A stretch of DNA of 64,000 nt. It comes from Bugula neritina. Lineage: Eukaryota > Animalia > Bryozoa. The stretch is from contig OZ037770.1 in NCBI GenBank assembly GCA_964035545.1, forward strand, positions 9,368,973 to 9,432,972, given 5' to 3'. Under the pieces are notes generated by a model. The model was not told the DNA's origin and did not search any database. It saw only the letters and a list, made by a program, of their open reading frames with translations. A program made the translations under genes and the position numbers. This document shows, in pieces, positions 1 through 17,475 of this stretch (positions within the stretch are counted from its first letter, which is position 1; the number at the start of each line of letters is the position of its first letter).

Positions 1-5278
<5,278 letters not shown>

Positions 5279-5377
5279 CTTGCATCAGCTATAATTAGAC
5301 AAATCTGGCAGACTTTTATAAGTCGCTAAAAAATTTCAACTTCAAATGACTCCAAATACTATGAAAAGGAGACTCAC

Positions 5378-5440
5378 AAGAATATCAAGTAATGTATCTT
5401 TGGGCACTGAGAAAAAAACACATAAAAAATGGCGAACCAT
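5378..5440 (-). promoter_or_regulatory. Probable ALAD non-coding first exon / core promoter with YY1-type motif
   Basis: Minus-strand GTGAGT donor at 5377 and AG acceptor at 5289-5290, just upstream of the ATG. AAAATGGCG (YY1-like) at 5426-5434. Confidence 0.45.
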
Positions 5441-6745
5441 TTTAAAATATGATGTTTGGTCTAGAATTAGATGCCGTCAAATGAGTGATTAAATTATTGT
5501 TGGAGACTACTCCAAAAGCTGTTGTAGCTATCACTGATCATGCTATCGGTGTACGAGCCAGTGCAACACAGAAATGGAGGCCTAAAATTAGGCTTACTCA
5601 GATTATCAATTGGCTTAATGCTTATAGAGAACCTTACGAAGATGATTATCCATTTATTGGCATGAAAATTGTCGATATATTGGAGCACTTTCTGTCTACC
5701 AACCTACTGAGTTGGCGCCTCTTTGACATCCTTGGGGCCCACGTGAGGGCCAGTCTCGAGCCGTATGAGGGAGCGCATGGTACGTTGGCGGACGGATCAT
5801 GCATTCATTTCTACGGCGTCCTTACACTACTTGGACGGGTCCGTGATCAGGCAATCCACGAAATCTTTATTGTCAGCCATTTGAAAGAGAGCAATTCTAA
5901 GCATGCCGTTCCTTAAGAAACACCAGTGTCGCATACTTTCAGAATTCTGCATTGGTGATGGCTGGCAAGGAACTTGTCTGCGTTGACAAGTTTGGTAGGC
6001 CCTTGGTGGGCGGAGTCCAGGTAGTGCATAACTGCACGGTACCCGGACGATCTCAGGCTACCTTACGCTGCAAGGTTAACTGCAAGAGGATAGCTGGACT
6101 GGGACTGGTGGAAGGAATACCAGGAGGGATCCAGTTGTTTAACAGCCTGAATCGGCTAGACTGCCGGGGGCACTCATCGTACAATGCATTAATCCTTTCA
6201 CGGAGCCAATCAAACTACCGGCAGGCACCCTGGTGGGGAAGTACCACTCTATCCAAGAAGCGGATGTGAGGCCGGCACTGGAAACAGTGGTCGACGCCTC
6301 GGGTGCTCCCCCTCGGGCCGGACGGGCAGCGATACCGGAGCACGTGGCTGGTCTATATGATGGGGCCTGTGAAAACTGTAGCAGTAGTGCCGAACGCCAA
6401 GCACTGGCTCGATTACTGGTGGACTACAGTGATGTTTTCAGTTACGGAGATGAAGACATGGGGCTGACCAAGGTGGTGTGTCATGAGATACCATTGGCAG
6501 CCGGGACCACCCCCATCAGGCAGCCTACACGACGGCTACGTCCGGAGAAGGAAGTAAGCAGACAAGTGCAGGATCTTCTCGACCGGGACCTGATTGAGCC
6601 TGCCCACGGTGCGTGGAGCTCCCCGGTGGTCTTGGTCAAGAAGAAGGATGGTAGTTGGAGGTTCTGCGTAGACTACCGCAGACTCAACAGTGTTACTATC
6701 CAGGATGCTTACCCACTCCCCAGGATAAAGGAGTCTCTAGATTCC

Positions 6746-7917
6746 TTTCCCGGATTAAAGAACTATCGACGGGTCTGGGAGACTTGGCAGCTTTTGATGA
6801 TTTTTACGATCAAGACTTGGGGTTGTCAAGTCTCTTAGACTCGCCGGAGCGACGGGTGGTCAAAGCACCATACAAGGAGGGACTGAAAATCGGTCAGACT
6901 CAAATCGGCCAGTTACAGTCTGTATGTAATTTTTCAGACGACGCCATAGACATTGGAACAGAGGAGCTGAGTTTACCTAACTTCCCCTCCATCCGCAACC
7001 CTGGCTCGGCTCGTGGCAGCCCGAAGGGTTCCTCCTCCCAGGGCCTGTCTGCCCCCACTATCCCAGAAGAGCCAGCTGAACCCGTGGAAGTGCAACTGGG
7101 AAGTGGGGCTGTCCGGATGGACACCGACAGGCCAGGACGGAGCACACTGGCACTACCAAAAGTACTGACAGACCGTTAGTACTGGATCACTCCTGAGACC
7201 AAGGTCAACATTGAGGAGACGAGCGGGCAGCCAGGCAACCTCAAGTGCCGCCAATGCGGTAAACGATTCACTACCGCACGGCGACTGAGGGTGCACACCC
7301 CTCAACATTACACAAATGTATTCTGTCCGTGTGGGGAGTACTCTTTCCAAAGAGATTACATCTCCCGCTATAAACGCATAGCACGGTGTCATACGGGCAG
7401 AACCTTTGTGGTAGATGCTGCTACCTTCCCAGAGTTCAGGGATTTAATCATGTCACAGGTGGAAAATCCCAGGAAGCGGGCAGTTCTCGCCCGAGGATTT
7501 CCAGCATGCCGACCTGTCCGGGAAGCCTCAGATGGAGAAGAATCTCCAGCAGCCACCCAACTTCTCTGGGTCGTGCTGAATAGAGTAGATAGCAAAGGAC
7601 CAGATGTAATTACAACCAGGAGAAGGCCTTACTCTACCAACTCACCCGCAAGATCCACTAGGCGACGTATTACCCAGGTTGTCTCCAGACACTCACCTTC
7701 CCCATCAGCACGCACCACTAGATCAAGTTTTTCCAGCACCAGTTCCAGACTCTCCACCACGACTTCTCACACATCCTCTACCCGCCATGCTTCTCTCACT
7801 CGTCGTCAACCTACCCATACCTGCCCTCACGAAGAAGAGATCAGGAGACTTAAAAGGCGTCTCTGGAGATGTGAGGACATCCAGGCCCTGCGCAGGCAAC
7901 TCAGGCGCAGCAGATAA
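6746..7917 (+). pseudogene. Gypsy accessory ORF (tandem C2H2-type zinc fingers + C-terminal coiled coil), frameshifted near 7175
   Basis: KCRQCGKRFTTARRLRVHTPQHYTNVFCPCGEYSFQRDY...RCH and the C-terminal CPHEEEIRRLKRRL. Homologous to the ORF at 18972-20056. Confidence 0.75.
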
Positions 7918-8267
7918 GACTCTCATTTATATATATATATATTTTATTCTAGTGTGTTTTAAGTATTATTGCAAATATGTGTAAATAATAGTGTGCGTTA
8001 CAGTATCAAGTTTTTTTTATTTTATTATATTAAAATACTCTGTTTTTGTGCTCATAAATTCCTTCCAGTCAAAGTTGTTTTATTTCCCTTACCCCACATT
8101 TCTTTCATCAGTATTATACTATTTTCTCTAGAACCTGAACCAAGTTTTTTTTATTTCATTTTTCTGTACTCTTATGCTAGTTCCTATGCCCTTTGGCCTG
8201 TTATTTTTCCCTTGTTATATTTACTCTGTTTTTATATCAGAAATTGTGCTTTCTGATAGGGGGTGTG

Positions 8268-8802
8268 TGTAGTAAATATCAGATTCATCCCCCTTTAACC
8301 TTCCCTATGGCAAGTACTGTAGTTATAGCCAAGTCTGTGGCGTAACTTTCCAATACTTTAAATACTATGGCTATTGTTAAGCCTTTAGCATAGTGAATAG
8401 ATAATCCCTTTTCCCTAATTATAAGTACAATACATACACTTGGTTGGGATATTTCTTTTTGCTTATTTATGTTGACCGACAGTTGGACCGAGTTCGGCAG
8501 GTGGATGCAGACAGACCGAATGTCGGTTGCCGACATTTCCAGTGTCGGTTGCCGACATGACAGATGTCGGCATCCCCTGCCGAACATCGGTAGAAGGTTC
8601 TAGAAGTCCTTTGTTCCACTAGCATAAAAGAACACGCATTTTCGAGCTTCAGTCACTTGAAGACTGGAGCTCGGACTGGATACATCTCTACTACAATAAA
8701 GAATACTGTACGCACATGAATTCAACACTCTCTCTTGTTTCTTCTATAACAAGGAGTTATGTTCTCTGCCTGATTTGATTCTATAACCCACAAACTACGA
8801 CA
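8268..8802 (+). repeat. LTR of Gypsy element 1
   Basis: TG...CA ends directly after the PPT. Contains a CATAAAAG box, the ACTGGAGCT motif and AATAAA, and ends in AACCCACAAACTACGACA, like the LTRs at 20235 and 44117. Confidence 0.8.
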
Positions 8803-8816
8803 AAACTGCATTTTTA

Positions 8817-9263
8817 AGTTGCCTTTATACCTTCACGATTTTCGGTCAAAAATTCAATTTGGCCGGGTTGAAATTTCTCCGAGTTGCATTGCATTGTAAA
8901 AGCCACTCTTTGAAATTTTTGTACTGTGATTACTTATTCGGCCAATTTTAGAGTAGGAGTAATAACTCCTTGTAAACATCGTTATTTAGTTATAACTTTG
9001 GCGATTAGCCAACGTACTTATTCGGTTATAATTATATAGCCTACGCCTTCTCAATTATCGCTTTTATGCTTTCCGCTTCACTAATTCACGACGTTTACAA
9101 AGGGCATCAAATAGCTATTATGCGAGTCAAATTTCAATTTCAGAAAGTGAGCAAGCGCATCAATATGATTTCAACGAGTTTCAGTTTGACTATAAAGGGG
9201 TACCCGGACAAGCATTATTAACTTAAATTCGGTTCTTTTTTCAGCAGAGGTATAAACACAACT
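8817..9263. mobile_element. MITE copy 2 (reverse complement of 1782-2239)
   Basis: Collinear reverse-complement similarity over ~450 bp (e.g. GGGCATCAAATAGC, ACGAGTTTCAGTTTGACTATAAAG). Confidence 0.8.
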
Positions 9264-10959
9264 TAGGAGATGATAAATGAAATTAGTGAAACCAAAATTG
9301 GAAAATGATGAATTGAGGTCTCTTTGCTTATGTGCAAGTTCAATTTAGCAAGTGTTTCAAGAGGATCAATGAATTTTTCTTGAATTCAGACACGGTCAAT
9401 TAAGTAGAGCAAATGGCCTCTCTACATCTACGAAAGCCACACAGTGATCTATACCATGCTGCGTACCAACAATAACAAAGTAGAGGTAGAACTATAATAG
9501 ATTCTAAATCCTAAAGTTAAAATATTTGCCTAAAAATTTATGATGAATCGGAGCATGGAAGTTCAGAATCCGATGAAAAAATTTGTGAAAAGAAATGCAG
9601 AAAGGTCTCCTCAAGTACTTTTTCCACAATGGAGAGCTCATTATAACCCTTATTTGGAAAATGCGGACATTTGTTTGAAAAACCTAGGGGGGGGAGGGTT
9701 CCCTCAGTTGCCAATCTATCAACTGAGTTATCATCTTTGAAAAAAGATTTAGAGACAGCGTGTACATAGAATAAAGGACCAAGAACCTTTGAAACACGCT
9801 GTACAAGGAATGGGAACAATGAACCATTACTTTTAATTCTATCGTCTGTTTTTTAAATGACCCAAAGGTCTTGGTAGTCATTTAAAGAGACTCTGTGATG
9901 GATTTATATATATACTTCATAGTTACACATTCTATAGTTTATAATGATTAAATTAAATATGGAAAACTCAAGAAAAAGAAAAAAAAACTACAAAAAAACA
10001 AGTTTATTGCATTGCTGATAAAACCTATAAGACGATCAAGCGCAGCTATTCCTGTATGCCTAAATCTACTGAAAACTGCATCACTAAATTCAATGACAAG
10101 CAACGGAACTGCAAGTAAACTTATAATCACCCTTTAAATGGTAAATGCCCATATAAAATGTAATATACTAAGGAACTGGAAAGATGTGATGACAGCACTA
10201 ACCAATCTTAATCACACTTTTTTCAACAAATTTTTAAGCTATATATAATAGCCACAAAGCCTCTTGCAAATGTAAATAAAATGAATAATACTGAACTCAG
10301 TAAACATGTGTGAAACCTAAAAAAGAAAAAAAGTCGAGCTTCAACATCAAATGGAACATCATAAAACCATGTAGCATCTCTAATCGATGCAATTTATGAA
10401 GGCATATACATATATAAGTTCAAGGCAACCAGAGCTGTCATCTCCTAATGCAACAAACTACTTTCGAGCCAATTCAAACAAAAAATATTTTTACTTGCCA
10501 AAACTCAATTTCTACAAATAAAATCTCTTAGTAAATATGACTTAAACTTTTATTCTTGTTGCGCACTGTGTTTGCTCTAAATTTCTGCACGTGTGAATAC
10601 TTCAATAGATGATTTATTAGAGTTGACTCTGAAGTTCTCTTATTAGGATCCTTCAAATATCAGTTTTCTGGGGTCAAGGTTGGATGATATTATTTAGATG
10701 AGAAGCTTCAGTATTTTCAAAACTATTTGTGTATGACACATGCGCTTTTTTATCAACCCAACATTGCAATAAGCTTTGCAGAAATCTGTAGAACAAAATC
10801 TATGAAATAATATATCAACAGCTAAAAAGCTTTGATGCCCACTAGTCCTTAAACTGAATGAGATTTCTTTATCCATGAGCTATTATTAAGTAATTTCATG
10901 CAAACCATATTGCCTTTGGTATCTCAATTTTCTTGCATAATTTTATTTTACGTTCATTT

Positions 10960-11445
10960 TTGTTTGTTTGTTTGTTTGTTTGGTTTATTTCATCAAAGGT
11001 ATTTAATAACACAAGGACATTAGAAAATGCCAAGGAGGCGATGATGAGGCCCATTGCGCTATAGCCTAGCTAGTCATGCGCGGGCCAACACGAGCTGACA
11101 GCGACTCTATCCAGAAAAATACAAAAAAAATACAACTATTCTAACAGATAAAGCCTCAACTTCCTCCCAAATTCATTAGGGTTGCTAATTGACCGTAAAG
11201 GGATTGGCAGTTCATTCCATAGTGCCACCTCCTGATAACAGTTTCTTCTGTGACCTGCTGCTGTTTGAGAGTGAGGAAGGGGGAGATTTATGAATGATTG
11301 ACGTGTATTGATAGAGTGAGTGGGAAAAAAATTGTCAGAGTAGAAAAAAGAATGAGCTTTCTTTAACACTTTAAAACGGTAAATCTGGTATATTGAGAGA
11401 ACTTTATGCTTAGTAAATAGAGGCGCTGATGGATGGTCAAACGGT
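10960..11445 (-). mobile_element. 5'-truncated LINE (CR1/L2-group) 3' end
   Basis: ORF2 C-terminus HSINTRQ...ALWNELPIPLRSISNPNEFGRKLRLYLL, followed by a 3' UTR ending AATAAA-(CAAA)n. Confidence 0.8.
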
Positions 11446-11984
11446 TTTTATTTATACATTTATACATTTCAATCCATTGACGTATTATTTAGTATGTAAG
11501 CTTCTTACATTTTATCTGATGATTGTGTGCTGAACAAATGAAACCATAAGTAATGAAATGCTTTAATCAAATTTTATCCTCTACTTTCTCTATATATAGA
11601 TCTTCTCAATCTCAGTTTATCTTTCTCAGAGTGCAACTGTTGCTTGCTCAGTGAGCCCAGCAAAAGCAAGTATAGGAATTGGCAAGTAGCTTGATGAAAC
11701 TCCCTGATTTTCTTGAGATGCTTGCTTTAACTGTCACCGGAACTGCAATCGAGTCTCATGCAGCTTTGACTGTCTGAATCATATTTCTCGATGTATTACT
11801 CCAAGCTACTTTTAAAGTCCATAAATATTTGAGACTGTCCCATTAAAATGTAAATGCCTATACAAAGACTTAATCTACTAAGCAACTGTGACAAGACATG
11901 ACAATAACTCCAGCCAATCATACATAGGACTCTGTTAAACTACTTTTCAAACCCGATTCAACAACCATAAAGCCTCCTTCCTAC

Positions 11985-14361
11985 ATGCAAAAAAGCGAAC
12001 CCACAACTCAGCAGACACATGTGGAATTTAAAAGAAAGCAACAAGGGATTCAGCTTAAAATGGAGCAATTTAAAAAATATGTAAATCACACTCAGACTTA
12101 TGAGTGTGATTTACATAAGTTCCAGTGTGATATGATAACCGAGGAAAAGAGCAGTATAAGACATGCAGGGCAAACCTATGAAGTAGACAGAATGACTCTG
12201 AAGCGTTATCTTGATAAGCGGAAGTTAGGATATAAAATCACAAGTGCTGCCAAGCGTGTGTTTACTACTCAGGAAGAGAAGCTGGTAGCCGATCACATCA
12301 GAGCTTTGGATAACTGTTTTCATGGTCTCAGCAAGGACAAGTGTCAAAGGCTTGCATTTGAATTTGCCAAGGCAAACATCTCTACACCAGCTAAGTGGAT
12401 AAAGGATGGAATGGCTGGTAAGTGGCCCGATAGAATTTTACATAGTTATACACTGATTCAATTACTAAAATTTTCACCCGAATTTGTGAGGTTAACTTAA
12501 GTTTTTCAGCTTTTCACTTATAAAAATGAATCTTAAACAGAGCATTGCATTTCCATGTCATATTATTATATAAATATTTTTTCCAGGACTTGACTGGTTC
12601 AGTAACTTCATGTTTAGGAAACAGCCTCTCGGTTCGAAAGCCAGAAGCCACCTCACTCGCTCGGCAAGCAGGTTTCAACAAGGTTGCCGTGGATGGTTTT
12701 TTAAGAAATTATCGGATCTCCTGGCATGGTAGGTTCACCAGCATATTTTACTACTAGACATGTGCTGTAAGAAATGGCCAATAAAAACGTAGTTTTTAAA
12801 ATATTTTCAAACATGGCATCATTCAAATTTCCATCACGGAGATTTTCATATCCGAATTAGGGTTTTATTTTTAAAACAAATATTTATTTCAATACTCTCA
12901 GATATGTGTCTGACAGCAAATAATTGTTATAGGTTCAACTTTGCTGCCCAAGACATGCACAATTTGGACGAGACGGGCATGTCTACAATGCAGTCTCCTG
13001 GAAATGTTGTAACAGCTACAGGGAAAAAACAAGGCGGATCTACTTCTTCCCAAGAATGTGGAGAGTTGACAGCATTGTGTTATGCAATTAATGCAGCTGG
13101 AAACCATGTTCCTCCATTTTATATATTTCTAAGAGTAACAGTCATTCATGAATGGATGTGTACCTGGTGCTAAAGGGGTCGCAGCAAAGTCTGGCTATAT
13201 GAATTAAGAGATTTTTATTGATGACTACCATTTTTCATTTCTAATTTGCGATGCTCAAAAGATCACCCAGTACTACTTATACTTGACAACCACTCTTCTC
13301 ATACATCACTGAAAGCTATAGAAATATGCAATAACTCTAGCGTTCATTTGTTGACTCTCCCACCTCATACATCGCACAAATTACAGCCCCTCGACCGGTG
13401 CGTGTATGGCTCATTCAAAACTATTTTGAACAGGTCACTGGACGAGTGGATGAGGTCTCACCCTGGTAGATCTGTGTCGATTTATGAAATGGCAGGCCTC
13501 TCCACTTCCGCTTTCAGTCGGAACATGACTCCATTAAATATCTGCTCAGGATTCAGTTGTACAGGAATATACCCGCTTGACTCACAAGTTTTTGGCGAAG
13601 AGGATTTCATCTCAGCCAGCGTTACGGAGCAACCTCTGCCATCGACATCAACAGAAGACGTAGAGCCTAGATGTCGTTCTTTCACAATTGCTTCAGCTCA
13701 ATTACTAGACGACCCACAGCCATAAACCAGCAGCACCACCACCGCTATAACTCTGGAACAGATCATTCAACTGCCTAGGGGAGGTCCTCGGAAGTCGAAC
13801 AATCGATGAAAAGTGAAATCAGCAATACTGATACACGAGAAAAAGAGCGAATTCAAAAAGAGCAGGCTGGGAAGGACAAAGTGGTAAAACTGCAAAAAAG
13901 GCTTCTGCCAGAAAAAGCTTCATCGGTTTTACTACAGAGTAAACATTAGGCTGGTCTCGTTGGCTGGTGTGAAGATTTGTGACATATTGGCGCTAATTTA
14001 CTGTTAAATCTGCACAAGTTGATATATTTTATTCTTAGATAAAAATGTAGTACTACTATTTATATAAAAAAACTTGATTAGGACCTAACTTTATGTGTTA
14101 ATTTGGCCGCTCAAATTATCCCACACCGAAATCGCCAACGGCTCAAATTACTTCCAATAGAGGGTAATTTGAGTCGCACAACATGACATTATTATAGGTT
14201 TAAAATCTTTGGTGTGCTGTAAACAAAAAAATATTTCAAGTGTTAGCAATAGCAAACATCCACATATGTATGTGTACGCAATGTTAGCACTCAATACACA
14301 GTATTTTGTTTAATACCTAGCAAAAAGTAAAAATCGGCTCAAATTACCCTGGCTTCCCCTA
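11985..14361 (+). mobile_element. Decayed pogo/Tigger-family (DDE_1) transposon with intron-containing transposase
   Basis: HTH SIRHAGQTYEVDRMTLKRY. CENP-B-type VFTTQEEKLVADHI...GLSKDKCQRLAFEFA. RKPEATSLAR, NLDETG, LLILDNHSSH, LPPHTSHKLQPLD. Stops and frameshifts are present. Right end GGCTCAAATTACCCTGGCTTCCCCTA with subterminal GCTCAAATTA repeats. Confidence 0.85.
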
Positions 14362-14715
14362 CACAGATTGAGATATATAAATATATACCTTATAAAATTC
14401 TAATCATGTACGTGCACATGTCAAAACAAGACATTAGATAGCGTGAGAAGGGTATAAACTAGATGACGAAAACATGGTTGCAAGAGTACCTTTACTGCTT
14501 CACTGAGCATAAAACACATAACAGGTGTCGGAATGTCACAATTATTTTCAAAGTGAACAACCTACAAAAAGGCCATCTATTAAAAACAAAAACAAAGCAA
14601 ACTAGGAAATGTTCTGCTAACAAAGGAAAATAGGATGAAAAATGATGAGTTTCATTAGGCAATTGTGTATTTAAAGAAAAAAAGGGTATTTTAGTTGAGA
14701 AAAAAAAGGAAAAAG

Positions 14716-15040
14716 GGAAAAGCAGCTTGTGGTACGAGATGTTTTCACATACCTGGAAGCAGGAGCTAAGGCCACCAAGTACTACTTGGTAAAAAAGGAT
14801 GAGAAAGAGATTACTGTTACTGCAAGTCATTACGGGGGAGGATCACCTAGAAGGGTCTCGTACAGTAACATGGTCAAAATGAGCTGCATACTCTGCAGGG
14901 CCAAGAAGGACCATATAGCAGCCCACTGCCCAGATGACTTCTGCACAAGTACTGTGAACTGGGACTAGGGACTGCTTGTCCTGTGCAATGGTGCAACAGC
15001 ATTGATTACCTGTTGGAGCAATGTCCCTTTAGGAGGTAAA
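14716..15040 (+). pseudogene. CCHC zinc-knuckle fragment (retroelement ORF1/gag-like)
   Basis: CILCRAKKDHIAAHC followed by degenerate knuckles (C..C...C). Its upstream segment 14521-14660 is duplicated at 15526-15680. Confidence 0.5.
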
Positions 15041-15989
15041 ACATTTACAATCATGGAAAGTCAAAAAATCCATGATGAAATGAAGACAAGCACACCTATA
15101 TATCTTTATTAAGATTTAAAAATCATCCCAAACTAACTATAATTAGACAGTTCATAAAATAAAGCTTTAATTTCAACTATGGTATTGGTATTATTGCCCA
15201 TCTTGCTGACTTTTTACAAACTTCATCGAATTCTGTATCAGTTGCCGTTGAAAATGATGGCTTCGATTTAAGAACTTGGAGTTTGACTTGAGAGAAGGCC
15301 AAGAAAACTCCTTTCACTATTTGGTTGGTTATTGTGTATGAACATTTTTTATTCTAGACATTTTAAGTGCATTAGTTGTAAAAAGCAAGCCACTAAAGAA
15401 GGTTTCTCAACTGAGATTTGGCGATTACCTTGGTTAAGAAAGTACAATGAAGATGTGTTCTATCATCTTAGCATTATTTATGCTGCTTAACAAGGAACAG
15501 AGGACTTGATTTGAAAAAGCAGGTGACAGGTGTCTGAATGTCACAAATATTTCCAAAGTGGACAACCTGCAAAAAAGCCATCTGGTAAAAACAAAAACAA
15601 AACAAACTAGGAAATCTTCCGACAACTGATGCTACAAAGGGTAATAGGAAGAAAAATGATGAGTTTCATCAGAGCAATAGTAGGTAATGTAGCTTTTTGT
15701 GTTTTGATTGTGGCCATAGACTTCAAAAAAGAGGAATTGGAGGAGCCCCTCCGCAGACGATGGCGATCACCAGCCATGGACAGGAAGATCAAAGGCCACC
15801 TGGGGCCTTAGTATAAATTATTTATATATAATTATCATAAATGCTGGTGCTGTTGGTGCAAATGAAATCAATTTGCAACAACAGCTCCTAAATAATTGAA
15901 AATGAGTGATAAATCTAATTATTGCAAAGAATTATTTTGTAAATTTTTTAGATTTGCACGTGTTATTCACATTAGTCCAATAGCTGTTT

Positions 15990-17096
15990 GGGTGCATGAT
16001 TTCATTGCAAAATTTATTTAAAATTTGGTAGCTGCGGTGGATTGTGGTAGGCCAAGAAAAGAATTTTTTGCTCTTTTTGCAAAAAACGCATGAGCAGTTA
16101 GTGACTAATGAGCACACTCTGTCCCTCCAAGATCCAATGCTTTTGAGCAAATGCTATCATGCTCTTGGGGGTCATCATGGGTAAGTATTAAACAAAAAAC
16201 TTTAGTACGCTGCTACATTTACAACTGGACCTATATTTTCAAGGATAATGTAGTGTTTGCTGATGCATTCTTATTTGCATCAGTGATTGAAGATTTTTAA
16301 ATATATTACATTCGTTTTTTAGGTCTTTTACTGATGCAGACTGGGTCCACACCTTGTATAATAAACTCTTTAGATGGAGATGAGCCCAATTTGGTACAGC
16401 TAAGGTAGGGGCTTAAATCTACAGGAGTCTTACAGGTTAATAAAGTTGAATTCAAAATAAATTTCAGATAATGAACAGCTGCAACATTTTTTTTAGCTGA
16501 GGAACAAAGTCCCTCATATGCTGAAGCACATGACTGAAATTTCAGCATAACCAGCTCTGAATATTAGAAGATTTGTGGCATTATTTGAAGTCAAATTCGA
16601 CCAGATGGCAGCTTAAAAAGCCGAACGCAAAAGAAAGCGTACAGCGGATCTGTGAAATACTTAAGAGAAGCTTGGGGTAATGTTATTTATTTTTTCTTGT
16701 AATTTATATTCCAGTTTCTTTTTAACCTATTACATTAAAACATCTTTTTGCTAACTTTTGTTTTGTTGCAATAATAGATAAAGCAAATTGAATAGCTTCT
16801 TTGCAAATCAATGCAAAATAGTTTTATTTGCAGGAGTGCGAAAAGCTGATGGACAAGTAACGCCAGAAAAGATCCTAAGGTTCACAGTTTGTGCCTACAC
16901 GGAACCATTCTTAGGAATTTCGTTAAAGCCATTAATTGTTTTTGTGGAAGCAGAACATCTTTTTCCTCTTGTAAAAAGTAGCACATGTGCAAACATTCTT
17001 TTTCTTCCATATATGAACAAAAATCATAATGCTGATGAAAAAACACGTGAAAAATATGACGCAAGTTTTTTAAACGAATATTTTGGTAATATGTAG
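15990..17096 (+). pseudogene. G2E3-like HECT E3 ubiquitin ligase pseudogene (spliced, disabled)
   Basis: AVDCGRPRKEFF (N-lobe motif) and LLMQTGSTPC. C-lobe KILRFTVCAYTEPFLG...SSTCANILFLP...YFGNM retains the catalytic Cys context. In-frame stops and GT-AG introns are present. Confidence 0.75.
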
Positions 17097-17358
17097 TAGC
17101 TCTCTGTATGTATAACTTAATTTGTTAAAAGCATGCATTTTGCAATTGAACGTGCAGAATTTTATTTAAGTTATAATGATGAGGTTTTAGAGTTAGTTTG
17201 TTTCCAGTTTTCCATTATTTACAAACTTATGCAGTCTGTCGTTTGACAGTCTACTAGGATGTCGTGATTCAAATTTTATATTGAATTAAATAAACCATAT
17301 CAATGAATTCAATTAATAAATTGTGTTCAGAAATTCTACTTAATGAATTCAGAGCCAC

Positions 17359-17475
17359 TATTCCTGTGGGAACCTCTGATGGAAAGGGTTTTTAAAAGCA
17401 GGCTACAAACTTTTTCTAATGTGACAGAGGAACAATTATGACTGGATGTTCTTCCTAACACCGCCAATGTCAACA
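17359..17475 (-). mobile_element. tRNA-Thr-derived SINE, 3' fragment
   Basis: Matches the 3' part of the copies at 25917, 28331 and 54419. Confidence 0.65.

Larger units (their letters stand above)
5697..8802 (+). mobile_element. Decayed Ty3/Gypsy LTR retrotransposon 1: protease C-half + RT N-terminus, internal deletion, accessory ZF ORF, PPT, 3' LTR
   Basis: Frameshifted pol pieces 5697-6745 (TLADGS..., PIRQPTRR, WSSPVVLVKKKDGSWRFCVDYRRLN, DAYPLPRI). Accessory ORF ~6746-7917. PPT GGGGGTGTG ~8259-8267. LTR TGTAG...ACA 8268-8802. Confidence 0.9.

Noticed and set aside
5485-5696. Divergent host gene head-to-head with ALAD
   Set aside because: It has an upstream in-frame stop and runs into the Gypsy protease. 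LELDAVK*VIK...AITDH looks more like a decayed RNase H fragment, but is too weak to call.
9300-10900. Possible decayed large transposase (FLAVDILFHRFC motif at ~10790-10830, minus strand)
   Set aside because: A single short motif amid stops, which is insufficient to assign a family.
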